Below are positions 52,829-64,000 of a stretch of DNA of 64,000 bases, in pieces; the first letter of the stretch is position 1, and every line of letters starts with the position of its first letter. The notes under the pieces were generated by a model that was given only the letters and a program-made list of their open reading frames with translations, was not told the origin of the DNA and did no database searches. The position numbers and the translations under genes are program-made. The DNA comes from Parasitella parasitica NRRL 2501 (Eukaryota > Fungi > Mucoromycota), in contig MU619237.1 of the NCBI GenBank assembly GCA_025201805.1, positions 139,996 to 203,995 on the forward strand. The letters are read 5' to 3'.

Positions 52829-53116
52829 TGTAACCGGACCCGTAAAAAGAGATGTATTGATAATAAAAAAAAAAAATCAAATCAAATAGATAACTTCCTA
52901 GAAATTACCAGAGTGTGAATTGATTGATTTAGTTGAAAATAAAGAAAGTTATTCTATTTATAGTGAGTTAGGTATAGCAGGAGTATCAACACCTGTAATC
53001 ACTGTAATTATCCAAATTTTACATGGAATTGTATATCCAAAATATCGCATATGGTGATTTGGCTTTAACTGTCCCATTTCGGTGAGTTCACCAACATTCA
53101 TGCATAAATCATGACA
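52829..53116 (-). mobile_element. Solo LTR (288 bp), probably Ty3/Gypsy-type
   Basis: Minus strand reads TGTCATG...CTATAAATAG (TATA)...T-rich...GGGTCCGGTTACA, with TGT/ACA termini; GTATTAA flanks both sides. Confidence 0.75.
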
Positions 53117-53248
53117 GTATTAATTATAGTGTGAAGTCTTACTATTGTAATAGAAGAGATGTGTCTGGGACACAATATGAATAAAAAATTAACAAGACTG
53201 GGATAAGATCTCTTTATTAAACAACAATAGAAAGTGGATATTTTGATT

Positions 53249-54078
53249 TTAATACAATTGAATTACATAAACCAAAATAAAGAACTGATTCGTGCGTTTT
53301 TTTCTGAACGAAAATTGGTTACGAAGAGCGTCCGGATTTTTATAGTTTAGCAAGCCTAATCGTTGACCTTCTTCCAAGCATGTTATCCAATCCATTCTTC
53401 TATGACCTTTTTGAATTCTTGTTTGCTTGAATTTTTCAACGAAATCCATGCCTTTTTCATATATATCTTGTCATCATTAATACTTGAGGAGGCGTTAGTT
53501 TTGGTTGTTCTTTTGTTTGACGAAGAACCAGTGGGATCAGAACCTGTGAGATCAGAACCATACTTTCTTTTCAATTCATCGTTTTGGGTTTTTGCATCAA
53601 TAATTGCTTGAGTCAATACATCAGAAGATGCAGCTGTATTAGCAAGTGCCAGTAATTTTTCATATTCACGATGTTGGGATTCAAGTAATGACAACACAAT
53701 ACTATTGCTGCGATTTTCCTCACGACTTAGGGCGAAATTATGTAGATATTGCATTGTTGGAGCATCAGCGAAAGGAGCATTCAAAATACAAAGAGCTTGA
53801 CTAGTGAAAAACAATCCAAGGGCAAACAGCGGGCTCAAAGGCTTCTCTACATTGTCCTTATCAAGACTCTTTTTAGACAGAATAACACAATCAGCCGCCC
53901 AAGGTTCGCAGGGAAAATCATATCCGCCAGAAATACGACTGGTCACTGTTCGTGAAGCAACATAGCTATCTAGGGTGTTGACGCATATAATCAAAATAAT
54001 TGGATCGATATTATATTTCTTGAATGCTTGTAAACAATAACCAATTGCTCTCTTCATAAAGGCTTTATCAACCGTTTG
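53249..54078 (-). pseudogene. Transposon-associated nuclease-like gene, copy B (5' truncated, one 2-bp frameshift)
   Basis: QTVDKAFMKRAIGYCLQAF...PIILIICV...PWAADCVILSK...PLSPLFALGLFF...APTMQYL. Removing one TA near 53460 joins it to MDFVEKFK...RMDWITCLEEG...YKNPDALR. Confidence 0.75.
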
Positions 54079-54470
54079 ATCAAAAGACTCGACGATAGCA
54101 ATGCGGCACCGCATTATTTCATTTGGACAATGCTGGGATCCATACTTCTCATGAAGTCAAAAATTACATCCAGACAACAAGGCATAAAATACACTTCTTG
54201 CCTCCATATTCACCTTTTTTGAACCCAATCGAAGGAAGCTTTTCAAAGCTCAAAACTTTGACAAAAAGAAAGCCAGGCTTAGGCAGCAATGAGTTTTTGC
54301 AGTATATTGGAGATTGCAGTAGAGAAATTACCAAAAAAGATTGCGAGAGTTGGGTAAGGAATAGCATCAGCTTCTTTTCTGATTGTCTTGCCTCCAAAGA
54401 AATCTATGAAAGAATAAAGATAAATTTTATTTGTACTATCAACCCATTATCCACCAAGTTAAATCAGTAA
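54076..54470 (+). pseudogene. Tc1/mariner (DDE_3) transposase 3' fragment
   Basis: LIKRLDD...HYFI/DNAGIH...KIHFLPPYSPFLNPIEGSFSKLK; 5' part absent. Confidence 0.9.
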
Positions 54471-55170
54471 AATCACTAAAATGAAATTGTGTAAAACAAC
54501 TAAAAAATATAAATGTCACTATTTGTACCGATACTGTATCCGTATATAAAGCAACTTGTGTTAAGTAATTTCTTATTTCTAATAAATCAGCGAGGAAGAA
54601 AAAAAAGTTATACCAGGTCTATTTTGATGATGGGAGCGGATAATATTCTTAAAGACATATGTCCCTTATTCACCTTAAATCCTATGGAGATATGTTGATC
54701 TATAACCAAATAGGGATGCCGAATATTACAAGCAAGTGTCAAAGGTAGATATGGCACGCTGAAACCTAATGGAATGGCGTGTTGAATTAGCTGAAATAAT
54801 CAAGTATTTGCATTGGGTTACCAATCTTGAAAAAAATTGCATTTCATCCAAAAGGAACTTCTGTAGTCGTCTAAAAAGATAATGTAATTTTTTCACATAT
54901 ATTGAAAAAAGCTTAAATTACATCGAGTGCCATGTCCCCCATGATAATCCTGCCTGGATGGGGGGGAGGGAGGGGATGGAACTAGTGATCTAGCTCAAGA
55001 CCTTGGCAAATACATTTACACACTTGAATCGCCTATGCATTGGCCCAGAATTTTGGTTTCATGTTCCCGAAAAAAAAACATACATGCACACGTATTTGCA
55101 AAGCTTTTCTAAAGCTTTTCTCTTTTCTTCTTTTTTTTTTTTTCAAATCATATTTGTTTATCGCTCAGAA

Positions 55171-60769
<5,599 letters not shown>

Positions 60770-61079
60770 ATTCAATTAAAATCATGTATCTATGTTTATC
60801 AAAAGTGGTACTTTAAGCATTCAAGATATCCTTCATGCATCTAATGATGAGCTTTTCACGCCATACAACCAATCAGGAGCCATAAAATAGTTCATATGCC
60901 GACTTTTTATTTTTAGGATCCCCTTATTTTCTGTCGTCGGATAAATGTTTGAAAAGGACGAGACTGTTAAGACTTTGTCTTCATCGTTAAACCATAAACC
61001 ATAAGGCATCTATTCCAAATAAGCAAAAAATTCTTTATTTTCTTTTACTTCTTCATGTTTTTGTAATTTTTTATCACGT

Positions 61080-63432
61080 TTAGTTCCACTGACGGTTTTG
61101 TCTACGAAAGAAACTAGGATGGTTGTTTCTAATGCTTTCAATCTGATCAAGTGCACTTTGGATTGCTGAATTCAAAGTTTCCAACTCTGCTGCGTCAACT
61201 CCAGGTATCATTTTGAATTTTTCTACATCACGCTTACTATGATGTAAGGCAATAATTCGTGACAAAGCCATGTCAATAGCAGCAGAATTTCTTAAGATAG
61301 TGGCCTCTTCTTCTGGGTTATCTTCTACGTTAATGTCTAATTAAGTTTTAGTCTACAAGTATTTTGTAAGATGCAACTTCTAAAACTACTTACTGTTGTT
61401 CTCTTCTTCAGAATCGTGTCGAGTATGTTGCTCAAGCTCCAGTCCATTGCTAACGTCCACTTCAATCTTCAAAGGCATAGAGGTGTATCTCTTAAGTAGA
61501 CACATATGTTTGCAAGCAATTTGTGTTTTTTTGAAATCTGGACAAAGACATGTGCAGATAACGTTATTAATCACGCGTACTTGATATGTAATTCGAGGCT
61601 TATTAGGATCGAACGATTGAATTTTCCATGCACCATTATTATTATCGTCAGTATTTGTGAAAGAGCCTTGAGGGTTTCGAATCATTGAAATGAGGCTTTC
61701 ATTTGAGATTTGCGATGCCATGTAAGATTTTCTTGCAATATTATTTTGTAATGGGCCCATGCGTCCAGTATTTGCTAATATTCTATTAGACTCTTCAGTG
61801 AAGTAATATTCAACATCGTTTGTCAGGACAAAGACCAATCTGTCTAATCTGTTGATTCTCAATCGCTCAAAGTAAATGATTTTCAGTTGATTATGCCAAC
61901 TTTCGATGTAGTTGTTGGTTACAAATGACTTGTGGATTTCTTTGACGAAGGGTGCTCCCCATCTCTTGACTACTTCTTCATTGTTGAACCAGTATCGAGT
62001 AAAATAATCCAAGACTTCAGCATGTTCTTCGATTTTTAGCTTGAATCTTTCTATTTTTCTAAATAATGAATTTTTCCTCGTTTCAGCAAGAATTAAGTGC
62101 AAGTCGTTCAAAAGATCCTGCTTGTACTCTGTTGCTTCAGTGTTTGACATGCTCGTAGGTAAAGACAGCTTTGCACCCAGGTTATCTTTCCATGCTCGCC
62201 AGACATGGAAGGCACAATAATGGATAACAACTTGGTTTCTAAAAGCTGCTTTGATGGCATTAACTTCGGCCAAGCTACAGTCAATTGTAATTGCAGTAGG
62301 TGCAAAATTACAATTGTCTCGTAGATAAACAAGCCATTGATTTATAGGACCTACACTTTGATCATTAGTGACCATATATGCAATAGGATAGCCCTTTCCA
62401 GTCAATAAATCTTTAACTAAAAGGGTATATAAAANNNNNNNNNNNNNNNNNNNNNNNNNNNNNNNNNNNNNNNNNNNNNNNNNNNNNNNNNNNNNNNNNN
62501 NNNNNNNNNNNNNNNNNNNNNNNNNNNNNNNNNNNNNNNNNNNNNNNNNNNNNNNNNNNNNNNNNNNNNNNNNNNNNNNNNNNNNNNNNNNNNNNNNNNN
62601 NNNNNNNNNNNNNNNNNNNNNNNNNNNNNNNNNNNNNNNNNNNNNNNNNNNNNNNNNNNNNNNNNNNNNNNNNNNNNNNNNNNNNNNNNNNNNNNNNNNN
62701 NNNNNNNNNNNNNNNNNNNNNNNNNNNNNNNNNNNNNNNNNNNNNNNNNNNNNNNNNNNNNNNNNNNNNNNNNNNNNNNNNNNNNNNNNNNNNNNNNNNN
62801 NNNNNNNNNNNNNNNNNNNNNNNNNNNNNNNNNNNNNNNNNNNNNNNNNNNNNNNNNNNNNNNNNNNNNNNNNNNNNNNNNNNNNNNNNNNNNNNNNNNN
62901 NNNNNNNNNNNNNNNNNNNNNNNNTTCTTATACTTCTGCATTTGTTTCCTAAAGCCAAATGGTACTTGATAGTGTCAATAGCCGTGCTGTTAATTGGCAA
63001 CGTGCCCAGTTCATTTAAATCACCAGGAGTGTGATTTGTGTGATCTTTCAAAAGTTTGAACTCTACAACATCTGATCCTAAATGACTTGGCACATTTGCA
63101 TGATAGCTAGCAATACTCAATTGGGCTGCACACCCACAGCGCTTACTATCTTTTTGACCAATACGTACAGATCGCTTGGATTCGTATGCTCCACTTCGAT
63201 GGCATTGTCTTGTTTCTCCAAATACGACTTTGTCACTACTTTTCCATTTTCTTAGTTTTGTCCATTTGGTACCGCAGTATTCGTTTATCTTTAATAGACA
63301 TGCTTCCCATACTGAGGCCTTAACATAAATCACTACATCCAATGGTAGTTTCCTTGATTGATTCGATGGCATTATGCTCAACGCATTTTTGATATTAGCT
63401 ACACTATATACGATAGGTGGAGTTTCAGACAT
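61080..63432 (-). CDS. MULE transposase with N-terminal WRKY/FAR1-like zinc domain and C-terminal SWIM finger; interrupted by an N gap
   Basis: CHRSG...SKRCGCAAQL...HTNH; TGKGYPIAYMVT, ITIDC, YCAFHV, TNNYIESWHNQLK; SWIM CLCPDF...ACKH; one 3' intron near 61338-61392. Confidence 0.9.
62435..62924. other. Assembly gap (490 N) inside the MULE transposase
   Basis: Run of N. Confidence 0.99.
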
Positions 63433-64000
63433 GATTAGAGTTATTATCTTATATTATTCTGGTTGAAGATCGTCAAATATTTATAAATGACACTTAAAAG
63501 CCACTCGAAGCCACACCCTCTTCAAACATTTATCCGACGACAGAAAATAAGGGGATCCGTTTCGCATACAACCATGGAAGTTTTGAGCCTGTTTATCTAG
63601 CAGAGATTTCCTGATAGCTTCTCGCTGAGACAAATGACCTCTTTCGTTCACAACTTGACTTTTTGCCTCTTTTACCAACGGCTGATTGATGCTAAAAAGC
63701 TCTTGAATGTGGATAAGCTTTTTTTTAGTCCCCAGAAACTCTCAATTTGCAGTCAAAAATGATGCTGTCAGTCAACGACACTAAATTGAATTTAAAGGAG
63801 TTGAATAGATATATAGTGTATGCATGTTCAGTTACTTAGCTTCTTCAAATCCTAGAACAGCACCATAAGTAGCACCATTTCACTTGTAATGAACCACAAT
63901 ACACACTCTATCCCTTTGATCCAAAGTACCCTTCCTTCCTCTCTATGCAATATAGAGTTCAGGTGGCCTTCTCTAGTAACGGATGATAACAATCATTCTT

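Larger units (their letters stand above)
51471..54536. mobile_element. Putative composite Tc1/mariner element (degenerate) with cargo genes and nested insertions
   Basis: CAGTATCGGTA at 51471 is the exact reverse complement of TACCGATACTG ending at 54536, which is followed by TA. Partial similarity continues inward. A Tc1 transposase 3' fragment lies just inside the right end. The left flank reads TT, not TA. Confidence 0.55.
60916..63558 (-). mobile_element. Mutator-like (MULE) DNA transposon with perfect 38-bp TIRs
   Basis: GGATCCCCTTATTTTCTGTCGTCGGATAAATGTTTGAA at 60916-60953 and its exact reverse complement at 63521-63558 enclose the transposase gene. Confidence 0.93.

Noticed and set aside
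62413-62941. ORFs spanning N runs as separate genes
   Set aside because: Artefacts of the gap; both flanks belong to the MULE transposase.

Overview
Intron-rich fungal genomic DNA. The gene set, short GT-AG introns and transposon families point to Mucorales (inferred). About 17 host genes are supported: a divergent Yak1/DYRK kinase (runs off the left edge), SEC17, an intronless WWE-like N/Q-rich orphan, NHA1, Arb1, TANGO2/NRDE, RVS161, MED13, CUB1/DUF2408, a small acidic orphan, NOT4, TTC1, a family I pyrophosphatase with an apparent signal peptide, malate synthase, a GT49 glycosyltransferase, CCDC124 and a YCF1/MRP-type ABCC transporter. AT-rich intergenic blocks hold a ~337-bp repeat family at two loci and a second diverged ~315-bp direct repeat. 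A nested transposon cluster at 51.5-54.5 kb comprises a Tc1/mariner remnant with two related nuclease-like cargo genes, a young 669-bp Tc1 deletion derivative and a solo LTR. A MULE/SWIM transposon with perfect 38-bp TIRs spans an assembly gap near the right end. The best leads are the Tc1-borne Rpn/PD-(D/E)XK-like cargo genes, the apparently secreted pyrophosphatase, the Yak1 paralog lacking its activation-loop tyrosine and the WWE-like orphan. All calls come from manual reading; no database search was run.
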